This document shows, one piece after another, positions 1 through 10,452 of a stretch of 64,000 nucleotides of DNA (position 1 is its first letter; every line of letters begins with the position of its first letter). The notes beneath the pieces are model-generated. The model was given only the letters and a program-made list of their open reading frames with translations. It did no database searches and was not told where the DNA came from. Origin of the DNA: Patescibacteria group bacterium (GTDB lineage Bacteria; Patescibacteriota; Saccharimonadia; CAILAD01; JADZBC01); contig JBPOIL010000012.1 of the NCBI GenBank assembly GCA_052034495.1, forward strand, positions 13,644 to 77,643, in the 5' to 3' direction. The position numbers and the translations under genes were made by a program.

Positions 1-1
1 T

Positions 2-2233
2 ACCTTTGGCACCATGGCGGCGCGTAACGCAGTGCGTGATACAGGGCGAGTCTTGGGCATGACGTACGCCGAAGTTGATGCTATCGCCAAGCTCATCCCA
101 GCGCCTGTTCAGGGTAGGCATATCCCACTGGCTAAGTCGATTATTGACGATCAGGATCTGTCGCGCGAATACAATTCCAATCCACGAGCTAAGAACGTGA
201 TCGATGTGGCGATGCAGCTAGAGGGTACGATTCGCAATACTGGTACACATGCTGCCGGTGTAGTAATCGCCCCCGAAGCGCTCGTAGAACGCGTGCCCTT
301 GACCAGGGCGTCTAAGGGCGGTATTGCAACTCAGTATGCCATGGGTCCGGTAGAGGAGCTCGGACTCCTTAAATTCGACTTCTTGGGCTTGTCGAACCTC
401 ACGATCATCAAGAACACCCTTCGTATTATGCGCAGGGTGTACGACGTAGAGATCGATCCCTCCGAGATCCCGCTCGACGATAAAAAAACGTACGAGCTGC
501 TCGCGCATGGGGATACCACCGGGGTATTCCAGTTAGAGTCTTCCGGTATGAAGCGCTACCTGCGCGAGCTCAAGCCCGACCGGTTCGACGACATAATTGC
601 CATGTGTGCATTGTACCGACCAGGTCCGCTCTCTGCGGGGCTGACCGATAGCTTTGTGCGCCGCAAAAACGGGCTCGAAGATGTTACCTACGATCATCCA
701 TCGATGGAGCCGTCGCTCAAGACGACGTATGGCGTGCTCGTCTACCAAGAGCAAGTTATGCAATTCTCTAAAGACGTATGTGGCTTTACGGGTGGCGAGG
801 CCGATACCTTGCGTAAGGCGATTGGTAAGAAGAACATTGAGACGATGACCAAGATGAAGAAGTCGTTCATAGCGGGCGGAGTCTCGCATTCCAAGGTTCC
901 GCAGGATATCATGGAGCGATTCTGGGATCATTTGCTCGGGTTCGCAGATTACTGTTTCAACAAGTCCCACTCGGCCTGTTATGGTTTGATCGCCGTGCAG
1001 ACAGCTTATTTGAAGGCGCACTACCCCGCAGCCTTCATGGCCGCACTTATGACGAGTGACTACGGCAACTTAGACCGGATCGCAATCGAGGTGACGGAGT
1101 GCCGCAAGATGGGCATGGAGCTCTTGCCCCCGGACGTAAATGAGAGCTTCTACGAGTTCGCAGTAGTACCCGGCACTGACAACATTCGGTTTGGCTTGGC
1201 GGCGGTGAAGAACGTAGGTTCTGGTCCGATCGAGGCCATTATTGCCGCGCGCGAAGAGGGCGGCCATTTCAAGTCGGTTGAGGACTTCGCAACGCGAGTT
1301 GAAGCTACCTATGTAAACCGCAAGACCATGGAGAGCCTTATTAAGGCCGGTGCATTTGACAGTATGGGTGACCGTGACACGCTGCTGGCCAACGTTGATA
1401 AAATTACTTCTTACGCAACTCGAGCACAGAAGAACGCCCTGTCTGGCCAGATCGATATATTTGGGTCCATAGGCATGCAGGACGAAATGCCGCCATTACA
1501 GTTTGACGCTCCTTCAACCAAGCCCGACGCCCGTCAACACCTGGTGTGGGAAAAGGAGCTCCTTGGCCTCTACATCTCCTCGCACCCACTCGATGAATAT
1601 GATAATTACCTATACGACCAGACTATGCCGCTCAATAAGCTTGATGCCAGTTTGGAGAACCGCTCGGTTCACATTGGTGGCATTATCACTACCTTCCGCA
1701 AAATCACGACCAAGACAGGATCGAGCATGGCGTTCGTGGGGGTTGAAAGCAAGGACGGGGAAGTAGAGCTGATCGTATTCCCACGCGCCTATGAGCAGTA
1801 TCAGGCAGTCTTGCACGTCGATGCGGTTGTGGAGCTCGAGGGGAAGGTAAGTACGAAAGACAGAGACGGTAAGACGGGCGGTGAGCTGAAGATCCTGATG
1901 GATAAAGTTAAGCCGATAGATATTGAAAAGGCGCGCAAGTGGCTGCCCAAGCCACGAAAAGAGAGCGTCGAGGACGTTGCCCCAATCGCTAGCCACGAAT
2001 TGTTTGTGCATCTGGACGACCTTAAGGACAGTACGCAGCTTATAGCCGTAAAGAAGATACTCGAAGACCACAAAGGTGTTTGCGCAAGCTATTTAGTCCT
2101 CGGTGGAGCGGAAAGGAAGATGATTAAGTTGCCCTACAAGGTTGCCATCAATGACGTCCTGACCAGCCACCTCAATGAGCTGCTCGGTTCGGAGCATATC
2201 GTGGTTAAAGAAAGTGCTGGAGCAATAAAATAA
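2..2233 (+). CDS. dnaE: DNA polymerase III alpha subunit (5'-truncated by window edge)
   Basis: Motifs GTHAAGVVI, LLKFDFLGL, GVFQLES, YQEQVMQ, FNKSH, EKELLGLY and a C-terminal OB fold; frame is open from position 2. Confidence 0.97.
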   Translation, partial: TFGTMAARNAVRDTGRVLGMTYAEVDAIAKLIPAPVQGRHIPLAKSIIDDQDLSREYNSNPRAKNVIDVAMQLEGTIRNTGTHAAGVVIAPEALVERVPLTRASKGGIATQYAMGPVEELGLLKFDFLGLSNLTIIKNTLRIMRRVYDVEIDPSEIPLDDKKTYELLAHGDTTGVFQLESSGMKRYLRELKPDRFDDIIAMCALYRPGPLSAGLTDSFVRRKNGLEDVTYDHPSMEPSLKTTYGVLVYQEQVMQFSKDVCGFTGGEADTLRKAIGKKNIETMTKMKKSFIAGGVSHSKVPQDIMERFWDHLLGFADYCFNKSHSACYGLIAVQTAYLKAHYPAAFMAALMTSDYGNLDRIAIEVTECRKMGMELLPPDVNESFYEFAVVPGTDNIRFGLAAVKNVGSGPIEAIIAAREEGGHFKSVEDFATRVEATYVNRKTMESLIKAGAFDSMGDRDTLLANVDKITSYATRAQKNALSGQIDIFGSIGMQDEMPPLQFDAPSTKPDARQHLVWEKELLGLYISSHPLDEYDNYLYDQTMPLNKLDASLENRSVHIGGIITTFRKITTKTGSSMAFVGVESKDGEVELIVFPRAYEQYQAVLHVDAVVELEGKVSTKDRDGKTGGELKILMDKVKPIDIEKARKWLPKPRKESVEDVAPIASHELFVHLDDLKDSTQLIAVKKILEDHKGVCASYLVLGGAERKMIKLPYKVAINDVLTSHLNELLGSEHIVVKESAGAIK

Positions 2234-2873
2234 CAAAACCGCCCGGGTGGGCGGTTTGTAGATAATTCCTGTAGGGCGGCGGTGGGGTTGAGCCCACCGC
2301 CGGGACGATGCTTGGGTCCGCGTAAACCCAGGTCGACGTGCCGGTCGACAGAAGCCCTTGCGAGCTCCTCGGGGTACCAGTCTAGTCTCTGCAAAACTGC
2401 AGTGACTATCGTGGCAGCAATCGAGGCCTGGCGGGCCAGCGATTACTCTGCAAATACCGGCGATTTTGCCGGGGTCGAGTTCCATTCGAGGGTCTCAACA
2501 GGTGCCCCTGCAGATTCCAACGAACTTTACCCAGACAGAGCCTGCAGAGCTCCATCTCTAGTGATCGGCGCAGCCATGCTTAACGTCCGTTTATAAATGG
2601 CTGATCACTATGACTTTTTCTTCGGACACCCCGGCTTCCGGGGACTTCTACTTAGCGCGACCTGCGCCTTAATTACCGGTCGCTAGCTTCCTGTAGTAGA
2701 AGGTTGGGCTTTTCGGGATTGGGTGAGAACCCGCGGCTGCCAGCCGCTGGTTTACCCCGCTTCAGCAGGAACTTCAGCGGTGCGGCCGCACCTCCCTAGA
2801 CAAGCTTTTGAGTGAGGGGTATCGACTCCTCCGGTGCATTTCTCAGCTCCGTCGCGACTCATTCGCATGTCAG
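2232..2873 (-). ncRNA. Candidate large structured ncRNA-1 (~640 nt), unknown family
   Basis: Minus-strand promoter at 2880-2908 and terminator at 2236-2257; no credible ORF; dense hairpins whose wobble pairs read G-U on the minus strand; GCAA tetraloop. Confidence 0.65.
2236..2257. terminator. Bidirectional intrinsic terminator (dnaE / candidate ncRNA-1)
   Basis: AAACCGCCC-gggt-GGGCGGTTT stem-loop with A/T tracts on both sides. Confidence 0.8.
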
Positions 2874-2879
2874 AAGCGT

Positions 2880-2908
2880 ATAATATCATAGTATTGATAT
2901 AATGTCAA
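2880..2908 (-). promoter_or_regulatory. sigma70 promoter of ncRNA-1
   Basis: Reverse complement reads TTGACA-17 nt-TATTAT with extended -10 TG. Confidence 0.8.
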
Positions 2909-2927
2909 TAGCATTATTGCATATCTA

Positions 2928-2956
2928 TTGCCTAGGTGGCGATAATATGCTAGACT
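2928..2956 (+). promoter_or_regulatory. sigma70 promoter of rplS (near-leaderless)
   Basis: TTGCCT-17-TAGACT with TG extension, 9 nt before the ATG. Confidence 0.6.
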
Positions 2957-2965
2957 CATAAAGTT

Positions 2966-3589
2966 ATGAACGCTATAGAACTCGTAGAAAAGAAGAATTA
3001 TAAAGCTAAGGTCGCAGACGTACGCCCTGGTGATACCGTTCGCGTACACCAAATGATTCGTGAAGGCAACAAGCAACGCGTTCAGGTATTCGAAGGTGTC
3101 GTGATTCGCCGTAAGAGCATGAACGGCTTGCAGGCCAGCATTACCGTGCGCAAGATTGCATCTGGCGTTGGGGTAGAAAAGACTTGGTTCCTACACTCGC
3201 CAAACGTAGTGAAGATCGAAGTTATGCGACGTGCAAAAGTGCGCCGAGCCTTCCTGGGCTACATGCGTGGACTGCGCGGTAAGTCTGCTCGTATGGCTGA
3301 GCAAGAGTTCGACCGTGCTGCCGCAAACGAAGCTGACGCGCGCACTAATGCTCAGATTGCAGCCGAAGCAGAGGCTGAAGTTGCCGCTGCTGAAACTCCA
3401 GCAGAGAATGCGGGCGAAGACGTAATGCAGCAGGCAGACACCGTTTCGACCGAAGAAGTTGCCAAAGAAGAAGCCAAAGAAGCCAAGCAGGCTGATCCAG
3501 AAAAAGACGTTGCCGCTGCCAGCGACGAATCTGTTGCCGAAAAGGTAGAGGCTGAAGCCGGCGAAGCCAAAGCCGAGCCAAAAGCTTAA
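2966..3589 (+). CDS. rplS: 50S ribosomal protein L19 with ~90-aa acidic Ala/Glu-rich C-terminal extension
   Basis: PGDTVRVH...[10 protein letters not shown]...[13 protein letters not shown]...KVRRA motifs. Confidence 0.97.
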   Translation: MNAIELVEKKNYKAKVADVRPGDTVRVHQMIREGNKQRVQVFEGVVIRRKSMNGLQASITVRKIASGVGVEKTWFLHSPNVVKIEVMRRAKVRRAFLGYMRGLRGKSARMAEQEFDRAAANEADARTNAQIAAEAEAEVAAAETPAENAGEDVMQQADTVSTEEVAKEEAKEAKQADPEKDVAAASDESVAEKVEAEAGEAKAEPKA

Positions 3590-3601
3590 ACTCAGAACTC
3601 T

Positions 3602-3638
3602 AACTAAAAACCGCCCATATGCAGGGCGGTTTTTAGTT
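3602..3638 (+). terminator. Intrinsic terminator after rplS
   Basis: AACTAAAAACCGCCC-atatgca-GGGCGGTTTTTAGTT inverted repeat. Confidence 0.85.
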
Positions 3639-3653
3639 TGCTATACTCCAACC

Positions 3654-4256
3654 ATGATTTGGGCGAGTTATGATTACGAGATTGCTGCGAGGGGGAAAGG
3701 CTTGAGGCTGATCTCTGGGGCTGACGAAGTTGGCCGCGGCTGTTTGGCCGGTCCTCTCGTGGTTGGGATGGTAGTTTTGCCGCAGGGCTGCCAGCTGCAA
3801 TTGGCAGACTCCAAGCTTTTGAGTGCCAAAAAGCGAACGGCGTTAGCAAGTCTTATAGAACGACAAGCTCTCGCTTGGTCCCTCGGTAAAGTAGAACATA
3901 CAGAGATTGATGAGCTGGGTCTAAGTGCTGCTATCAGGCTCGCCTACGAGCGAGCTCTTGATAGCCTTGGCATAAAGCCTGATAGACTCGTAATTGATGG
4001 CCCGCATAGAATAATCGACCATGACTTCGTGGAGCCAATTGTGAAGGCGGATCAAAAGATTGCTTGCGTGGCGGCCGCTTCAATCATTGCGAAAGTCGCT
4101 AGGGATGAGTGGATGCAGCAGCAATCTAAGCTGTACCCAGGTTACGGTTTTGCCACGAACGTAGGCTACGGTAGCCCCCAGCATTTGGCAGCGCTCAAAG
4201 AATACGGTCCTAGCGCCATTCATCGCAAGAGCTTCAAAGTGAAGAGCCATGGCTAA
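3654..4256 (+). CDS. rnhB: Ribonuclease HII
   Basis: GADEVGRG, DSKLL, IDG, AAASIIAKVARD motifs; canonical position after rplS. Confidence 0.96.
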   Translation: MIWASYDYEIAARGKGLRLISGADEVGRGCLAGPLVVGMVVLPQGCQLQLADSKLLSAKKRTALASLIERQALAWSLGKVEHTEIDELGLSAAIRLAYERALDSLGIKPDRLVIDGPHRIIDHDFVEPIVKADQKIACVAAASIIAKVARDEWMQQQSKLYPGYGFATNVGYGSPQHLAALKEYGPSAIHRKSFKVKSHG

Positions 4257-4611
4257 GAATACCACCGCCATCGGGCTGCGGGCGGAGAAGATAGCCGCCG
4301 ACTATATGCGGGCCCAAGGCTACAAGCTCGTTGCCCGCAATGATCGTACCCGTTTTGCGGAGCTTGATTTGATTTTGGCTAATCGTGAGAATATTGTGTT
4401 TGTTGAAGTGAAGTATCGTGTGCACGCTGAATATGGCGGTGGGGCCGGTGCAATTACTGTTGATAAGCTGCGGCGCCTGCGAAACGCAGCAGAAGTTTGG
4501 CTGGCAGAACATCGGGGGTATGATTCCTTACAGCCAAGGGTTGATCTGGTCTCAATTCAAGGCGATCTAGAATCTCCCCAAGTTGAGCACATAGAGAACA
4601 TCACAGATTGA
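4249..4611 (+). CDS. YraN (UPF0102) family PD-(D/E)xK protein
   Basis: G..AE..A, ELDLI, FVEVKYR, RVDLVSI motifs; rplS-rnhB-yraN synteny. Confidence 0.9.
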   Translation: MAKNTTAIGLRAEKIAADYMRAQGYKLVARNDRTRFAELDLILANRENIVFVEVKYRVHAEYGGGAGAITVDKLRRLRNAAEVWLAEHRGYDSLQPRVDLVSIQGDLESPQVEHIENITD

Positions 4612-4636
4612 CAACCTAGCTGTAATTGGGTAGAAT
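4608..4636 (+). promoter_or_regulatory. sigma70 promoter of nusA
   Basis: TTGACA-17-TAGAAT. Confidence 0.75.
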
Positions 4637-4662
4637 GGATTTATTCTGATAGTCATTACTAC

Positions 4663-4688
4663 AGTCGGCACCTTGGCCGGCTTTTTTT
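4663..4688 (+). promoter_or_regulatory. Leader terminator/attenuator upstream of nusA
   Basis: AGTCGGC-accttg-GCCGGCT plus U-tract, located between the promoter and the SD. Confidence 0.65.
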
Positions 4689-4723
4689 GACCACAATTCA
4701 GCTACTAACAGAAAGGAAACATC

Positions 4724-5869
4724 ATGAATACACAGTTTATTTCAGCAATCGAACAGATTTGCGACGAAAAGGGTTTAAGCAAAGAGATTGTCCTCGAAGC
4801 AGTTGAACAGGCATTGGCCGCTGCATACAAAAAAGATTACGGCGATCGCGATCAAGAAGTACGCGTGCAGCTCGATGAGGAGACTGGCGCTCCACGTATC
4901 TTCCTGAGCAAGGAAGTTGTAGAGGAAGTCGAGAATCCGTTCATGCAGATCAGCTTAAGCGATGCCCAGAAGCACAAAAAAGGCGCTAAGCTCGAAGACG
5001 TAATTGAGTACGAAGAGGACAACAAGGACTTTGGTCGAGTTGCCGCTCAGACTGCTAAGCAGGTGATCGTACAGCGTATCCGCGAAGCCGAACGCGAAGT
5101 TGTGTTCGCAGAGTATAGCGACAAAGAGGGCGTGATCTTGAACGCAGTCGTACAGCGCGTGGAAGGCAATAACGTGTTTGTCGACCTCGGTAAGGCCTCG
5201 GGAATTATGTTCCCAGCAGAGCAGATTCGTGGTGAACACTATTACCCTGGACAGCGCTTGAAGGTGTTTATTGTACGTGTTGAACAGACTGCTCGTGGCC
5301 CACAGATTGTGGTTAGCCGCTCGCATCCAGATATGATTCGCCAACTGTTCGAAATGGAAGTACCAGAAATTGAAGCCGGAACCGTAGAGATTGTCGGCAT
5401 CGCTCGTGAAGGCGGAGCAAGAACTAAGATCGCCGTTCGGTCAAACGCTGATGGTGTAGACGCGGTAGGTACGTTTGTAGGTGGACGCGGCGCTCGCGTT
5501 CAGGCTGTAATGGCAGACCTGGGTGAGGAAAAGATCGACATCATTCCTTACAGCGAGAATGTAGAGGAGTTCATTGCATCTGCACTTAGTCCTACAAAGG
5601 TGTTGAGCGTCACGCTCGACGAAGCAGAAAAGAAAGCCGTGGTACGTGTGCCGGAAGACCAGCTGTCCCTCGCTATTGGTCGTCAGGGGCAGAACGTGCG
5701 CTTGGCAGCTAAGCTCACCGGTTGGAACGTTGATATCGACGGCGCCGACGAGTCTGGCGTAGAGGCCACTGCCGAAGCAGCTGCAGACGTGGCCGCTCCA
5801 GAATCTGCTCCAGTTCAGGATGAAGCCGCTTCAGAAGTCTCAGACGCATCCGCAGAACCACAGGCATAA
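4724..5869 (+). CDS. nusA: Transcription termination/antitermination factor NusA
   Basis: FGRVAAQTAKQVIVQRIREAERE, S1 and KH domains, LSLAIGRQGQNVRLAAKLTGW. Confidence 0.98.
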   Translation: MNTQFISAIEQICDEKGLSKEIVLEAVEQALAAAYKKDYGDRDQEVRVQLDEETGAPRIFLSKEVVEEVENPFMQISLSDAQKHKKGAKLEDVIEYEEDNKDFGRVAAQTAKQVIVQRIREAEREVVFAEYSDKEGVILNAVVQRVEGNNVFVDLGKASGIMFPAEQIRGEHYYPGQRLKVFIVRVEQTARGPQIVVSRSHPDMIRQLFEMEVPEIEAGTVEIVGIAREGGARTKIAVRSNADGVDAVGTFVGGRGARVQAVMADLGEEKIDIIPYSENVEEFIASALSPTKVLSVTLDEAEKKAVVRVPEDQLSLAIGRQGQNVRLAAKLTGWNVDIDGADESGVEATAEAAADVAAPESAPVQDEAASEVSDASAEPQA

Positions 5870-5870
5870 A

Positions 5871-5897
5871 TTAGCACTGTCAAGCCCTGAGTGCTAA
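5871..5897. promoter_or_regulatory. CIRCE (HrcA operator)-like element upstream of clpC
   Basis: TTAGCACTG-N9-GAGTGCTAA versus consensus TTAGCACTC-N9-GAGTGCTAA (1 mismatch). Confidence 0.75.
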
Positions 5898-5906
5898 TTC
5901 CAGGTT

Positions 5907-5935
5907 AAAACCGTACGTTTTTTGTACGGTTTTTT
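5907..5935 (+). terminator. Terminator after nusA
   Basis: AAAACCGTAC...GTACGGTTTTTT. Confidence 0.7.
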
Positions 5936-5975
5936 GGTTGGTGATATGCTATAATGTATATAGTAATAAGGGAGT

Positions 5976-8459
5976 GTGCAGATGTCTCCAGAATTTGATC
6001 GATTTACCGAGAATGCCAAGCGGAGCTTACAGAATGCCGGCGAGCTCGCTATGGGCATGGGCGCTGCCTACGTGGGGACAGAGCATCTTCTGCTTGGGGT
6101 GCTGAAGCAGCAAACGTCGATTGGTTCGAAGATACTTACCGACATGGGGGTCTCGCTTGACCGATTAAACCTAAGTACCGTTCCGAACCTCCAGGCGGGA
6201 GTTGGCGCGTCTACGCCCCAGGCCCTAAGTGCTACGGCTCGTAAAACAATCACCCTGGCTCTTCGCGTAGCTCAGGAGTATGGTCAGCCATACGCTGGTA
6301 CTGAACACCTGCTATTTGCCATCCTAGGTCAAGATAACGCCCGGGCGAACGTATTGCTGCGCGGCATAAAGGTCGACCCTACAGACGTGCGCGGTGAGCT
6401 AGAAAACTATCTGAATGCACAATCATATGCATACGAAGAGCAGGCCACTCGCCAGTCGGGCCGTAAGGGCAAGGGCAGCAAGACACCTACGCTGGATCAC
6501 TTTGGAATAGATCTGACAGCTCGTGCAGCAGCAGCCGAGCTCGATCCTGTGGTTGGGCGTGAAAAGCAGATTGACCGTATGGTTTCGATCCTCAACCGAC
6601 GTAGTAAGAATAATCCAGTCCTGATCGGCGAACCGGGCGTAGGAAAGACGGCGATTGTCGAGGGCTTGGCCCAGCGAATCGTGAATGATGATGTACCAGA
6701 GATGCTGTCCGATAAGCGTATTGTCATGCTTGATATGGCGAGTGTTATTGCCGGGACTAAATATCGAGGCGAGTTTGAGGAGCGACTCAAGAAGCTTATA
6801 GACGAAGCCAAGGCACATGCAGAAGTAATCCTATTTATTGACGAGCTGCATACCGTGGTTGGTGCCGGCTCTGCTGAAGGCGCAATTGATGCTGCTAATA
6901 TCCTTAAACCTGCCTTGGCACGTGGTGAAGTACAAACGATTGGCGCAACTACTCTAGAGGAATACCGTAAGCATATCGAAAAGGATACTGCGCTCGAGCG
7001 CCGCTTCCAGCCAGTTATCGTGCCTGAAACTACGGTCGAGGAAACAATCGATGTGCTAAAAGGCCTCCGCGGCCACTACGAGGAGTTTCATAAGGTCGAA
7101 ATATCGGACGAGGCAATCGAAGACGCATCAAAACTTGCTTCGCGCTACATTGCAGACCGGTTCATGCCAGACAAGGCAATTGATTTGATTGATGAGGCGG
7201 CTTCGCTTGCTCGAATTCGTAAAGGGGGAACTAGTAAACGATTAAAGGATTTGCAGACGAGGCTGTCGAATACGATGGAGCAAATAGATGAGGCGGTTTA
7301 CAACCAAGACTTCGAGTATGCCGCTCGCTTGAAATCCGAAGCAAGCATCCTCGAGCAGAAAATTTCGACCCAGCTGTCCAAGGACGAAAAGCAGGCCAAG
7401 ATAGTAATAAGCTCAGAAGACATTGCGGCAGTAGTGAACCAAATGACAGGGGTTCCTCTATCTAAGTTGATAAAGACAGAGTCTGAGAGCTTGGTGAAGC
7501 TAGAAAAGACACTACAGCGCAGGATTATTGGTCAGAAGGAGGCAGTTACTGCCGTGGCACACGCCATTCGTAGATCGCGCACGGGGATAGCTGACATTAA
7601 TCGACCGATTGGATCATTCATCTTCCTTGGTCCTACCGGTGTGGGAAAGACCGAACTTGCTCGCACCTTGGCCGAAGAGGTGTTTCATGACAAAGATGCG
7701 CTCATTAAAGTTGATATGAGCGAGTTCATGGAGCGACACAACGTGGCGCGGCTCGTTGGTGCACCAGCCGGCTACGTTGGTTATGATGACGGAGGCCAGC
7801 TAACCGAAAAGGTTCGACGTAAGCCATATAGCTTGATTCTGTTCGATGAAATCGAGAAGGCCCACCCTGAAGTTTTCAATATGCTTTTGCAAGTTCTCGA
7901 GGATGGCTTTTTGACTGACGCCAAGGGTCGTAAGGTGGACTTCCGTAATACGATCATCATCATGACATCCAACGTGGGTGCAAAACTCTTACACCAAGAG
8001 GCAGTGCTCGGCTTTGCTACCGACACCTTGGCTGAAGAAAAGAAGCTTGACGCTATGCATGAACGGATGGAAAAGACGATTCATTCGGAGTTGAAAAAGG
8101 CGTTTAGGCCAGAGTTTTTGAACAGGATAGACCACATCGTTATATTCCGAGCGTTATCTAAGATTGATGTTCGTTCGATTGTTGATTTGCAGTTGAACAA
8201 TTTGGCCCAACGACTTTTGGGCAAAGGGGTAGGCATTAAGTTCTCCCGCAATCTGAAGGATTTGCTAATCGACAAGGGTTACGATGTGGAGCAAGGTGCC
8301 CGTCCGCTCAGGCGAGCAATCCAAAGATTAGTAGAGGATAGGCTGGCTCTTGATATGCTTGAAGGCAAGCTGAGCGCAGGGGGTAATATAAAGGTGTCCG
8401 CAAAGGCAGGCCAAGTGCATGTGGAGACGCTTGATCAGCCCCAGCTAGCTTCAAAATGA
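5976..8459 (+). CDS. clpC: ATP-dependent Clp protease ATP-binding subunit ClpC
   Basis: Two Clp-N repeats, [11 protein letters not shown]-like middle domain, [12 protein letters not shown] ClpP-docking loop. Confidence 0.96.
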   Translation: MQMSPEFDRFTENAKRSLQNAGELAMGMGAAYVGTEHLLLGVLKQQTSIGSKILTDMGVSLDRLNLSTVPNLQAGVGASTPQALSATARKTITLALRVAQEYGQPYAGTEHLLFAILGQDNARANVLLRGIKVDPTDVRGELENYLNAQSYAYEEQATRQSGRKGKGSKTPTLDHFGIDLTARAAAAELDPVVGREKQIDRMVSILNRRSKNNPVLIGEPGVGKTAIVEGLAQRIVNDDVPEMLSDKRIVMLDMASVIAGTKYRGEFEERLKKLIDEAKAHAEVILFIDELHTVVGAGSAEGAIDAANILKPALARGEVQTIGATTLEEYRKHIEKDTALERRFQPVIVPETTVEETIDVLKGLRGHYEEFHKVEISDEAIEDASKLASRYIADRFMPDKAIDLIDEAASLARIRKGGTSKRLKDLQTRLSNTMEQIDEAVYNQDFEYAARLKSEASILEQKISTQLSKDEKQAKIVISSEDIAAVVNQMTGVPLSKLIKTESESLVKLEKTLQRRIIGQKEAVTAVAHAIRRSRTGIADINRPIGSFIFLGPTGVGKTELARTLAEEVFHDKDALIKVDMSEFMERHNVARLVGAPAGYVGYDDGGQLTEKVRRKPYSLILFDEIEKAHPEVFNMLLQVLEDGFLTDAKGRKVDFRNTIIIMTSNVGAKLLHQEAVLGFATDTLAEEKKLDAMHERMEKTIHSELKKAFRPEFLNRIDHIVIFRALSKIDVRSIVDLQLNNLAQRLLGKGVGIKFSRNLKDLLIDKGYDVEQGARPLRRAIQRLVEDRLALDMLEGKLSAGGNIKVSAKAGQVHVETLDQPQLASK

Positions 8460-9052
8460 AGATAGCCGTAGATATTGACGAGGTGTTGGCTCGAGGCTTG
8501 GCGACCTACTTGAACTACTTTAACTCTAGCTATGGGACAAGCTTTATGGAAGAAGACTTCACCCCAAGTAAGGGCTTTTGGGAAGTTCTTGGAGTTGCTC
8601 ATACTGACATTACAGAGGTGGAGCGTCATTATAGGGCGAGCCATCACTCCAAGGATTGGCTGCTGGTTCCTGGAGCACAGGATGCCATCGCCCGCCTTAC
8701 GCAGGACAATGAGCTTGTGATTATCTCTAACCGCCAGTCAGAAGGCCACGAACCGACTCGTGTATGGCTCAAGCGGAACTTTGGCTCGGCTTTTAGCCAG
8801 GTGATATTCACTGAAGCTGAAAGGGTGGGTGACAAAAAGCCTAGTAAGGCGGAGATATGTAAGCGTATTGGCGCCGACGTGCTGATCGAAGACGAAGTAA
8901 AAGAGGTTGCGGCTTGTGTAGACCAGGGCGTGCCGGTGATACTTTTTGACACACGGCTTAATCAGGATATTCAAGGCAAGAATGTTTACAGGGTGTATAG
9001 TTGGAGCGAAGCACTTGAAGTTATGGAATCCTTTGCCCTAAGTAGGAAATAG
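8456..9052 (+). CDS. HAD-superfamily 5'(3')-deoxyribonucleotidase (NT5C-like)
   Basis: N-terminal [14 protein letters not shown]...LIED motifs. Confidence 0.75.
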   Translation: MKIAVDIDEVLARGLATYLNYFNSSYGTSFMEEDFTPSKGFWEVLGVAHTDITEVERHYRASHHSKDWLLVPGAQDAIARLTQDNELVIISNRQSEGHEPTRVWLKRNFGSAFSQVIFTEAERVGDKKPSKAEICKRIGADVLIEDEVKEVAACVDQGVPVILFDTRLNQDIQGKNVYRVYSWSEALEVMESFALSRK

Positions 9053-9088
9053 TTTGTTCGTACTATATTCGCATGATATACTTGAGTC

Positions 9089-10432
9089 ATGGCAAAACAA
9101 ACGGCACAGTATGTATGCGAGGCGTGCGGAGCAACCTTCGCCAAGTGGAGCGGCAAGTGTTTAAATTGTGGTGCGTGGGAGACTATTGCCGAAGTTACGA
9201 ACGCGATGCAGGCTCCCGGACAAAAGAGTGTAGCTAGGATAAAAGCCTCTAAGCTTAGCGACGTGAAGGCTGCATCGGTAGAGCGGATTTCGGTAGGGAT
9301 AGGCGAAGTTGACACGGTCCTGGGTGGAGGCTTAGTGCCGGGATCCCTAGTACTTCTAGCTGGCGATCCTGGTATTGGAAAGTCTACATTAGTGTTGCAG
9401 CTGGCGAGTAATGTGGCGAAGTCAAATAGAGTTCTGTATGTGAGCGGCGAAGAATCCCCGTCACAGATTAAGCTGCGCGCAGACCGTTTACGGGAAGTAG
9501 CTACTGAGTTTGATTTTCTTGCCAGTACAGATGCTGATCAAGTTCTGGCACAAGCTGGCAGCGGCGAATATGACCTCATCATTGTTGACTCCATCCAGAC
9601 CATGGTGAGTAATGACGCTACTTCTGCCATAAGTACCGTCGGTCAAATAACAAACATCACAGCTCGGATAATGAACGTTGCCAAGGCAAGTCATACCGCC
9701 TTTGTAATCATTGGGCACGTGACGAAGGAGGGTAATGTTGCCGGCCCGCGTGTACTCGAACACCTCGTAGACGCCGTATTATATCTAGAGGGTGAAAAGT
9801 TTGGGTCCCTGAAAGTGTTGCGCGCGAATAAGAACCGATTTGGATCTACCAACGAAGTGGGGATACTCGAGATGTCTGATGCCGGCCTATCCCCGGTCGA
9901 TAACCCTTCAGCCGCACTACTGGCAGAAAGGCAGCACCTACCTGGCTCAATTGTGTTTGCCGCCATGGAGGGCAGTCGGCCCATTATGGTGGAGGTGCAG
10001 GCACTCGTGTCTCCATCGGTATTCGGATATCCTAAGCGAACGGCTGTCGGTGTTGACATGAACAGGCTTGGATTGTTGGCAGCGGTCATGACTAAACGCG
10101 GAGGCATTAATTTGAGCTCATCTGATATTTATGTTAATATCGTAGGTGGTCTCAAGGTGAATGAGCCAGCAATTGATCTAGCAATTATTTTAGCAATCGC
10201 CTCTGCCCATAAGGGCATAGTAGTGCCATCTGAGTTAACTGCTTTTGGTGAAATTGGATTGAGTGGAGAGCTGAGATCAGTTAGTTTTGCAGAGCGCAGA
10301 CTGGAGGAGGCGAGTCGTCAGGGCTTTAGTAAGGCGCTTGTTTCTCCACAAACAAAAGCCACTAGGCAGTCTACTCAGACGATTAAAGTTAAGACAATTG
10401 CTGAGGCAATTAAGAAGATTAGTAATACATAA
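9089..10432 (+). CDS. radA: DNA repair protein RadA/Sms
   Basis: C4 zinc finger, GDPGIGKS, KNRFG, Lon-like C-terminus. Confidence 0.97.
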   Translation: MAKQTAQYVCEACGATFAKWSGKCLNCGAWETIAEVTNAMQAPGQKSVARIKASKLSDVKAASVERISVGIGEVDTVLGGGLVPGSLVLLAGDPGIGKSTLVLQLASNVAKSNRVLYVSGEESPSQIKLRADRLREVATEFDFLASTDADQVLAQAGSGEYDLIIVDSIQTMVSNDATSAISTVGQITNITARIMNVAKASHTAFVIIGHVTKEGNVAGPRVLEHLVDAVLYLEGEKFGSLKVLRANKNRFGSTNEVGILEMSDAGLSPVDNPSAALLAERQHLPGSIVFAAMEGSRPIMVEVQALVSPSVFGYPKRTAVGVDMNRLGLLAAVMTKRGGINLSSSDIYVNIVGGLKVNEPAIDLAIILAIASAHKGIVVPSELTAFGEIGLSGELRSVSFAERRLEEASRQGFSKALVSPQTKATRQSTQTIKVKTIAEAIKKISNT

Positions 10433-10452
10433 AGGAATCATTCAACACAAAC

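Noticed and set aside
2093-2596. ORFs 2282-2596(+), 2093-2485(-) and 2134-2394(-) as proteins
   Set aside because: No SD or suitable promoter, they overlap terminators or dnaE, and they have low-complexity shadow composition; structured RNA explains the region better
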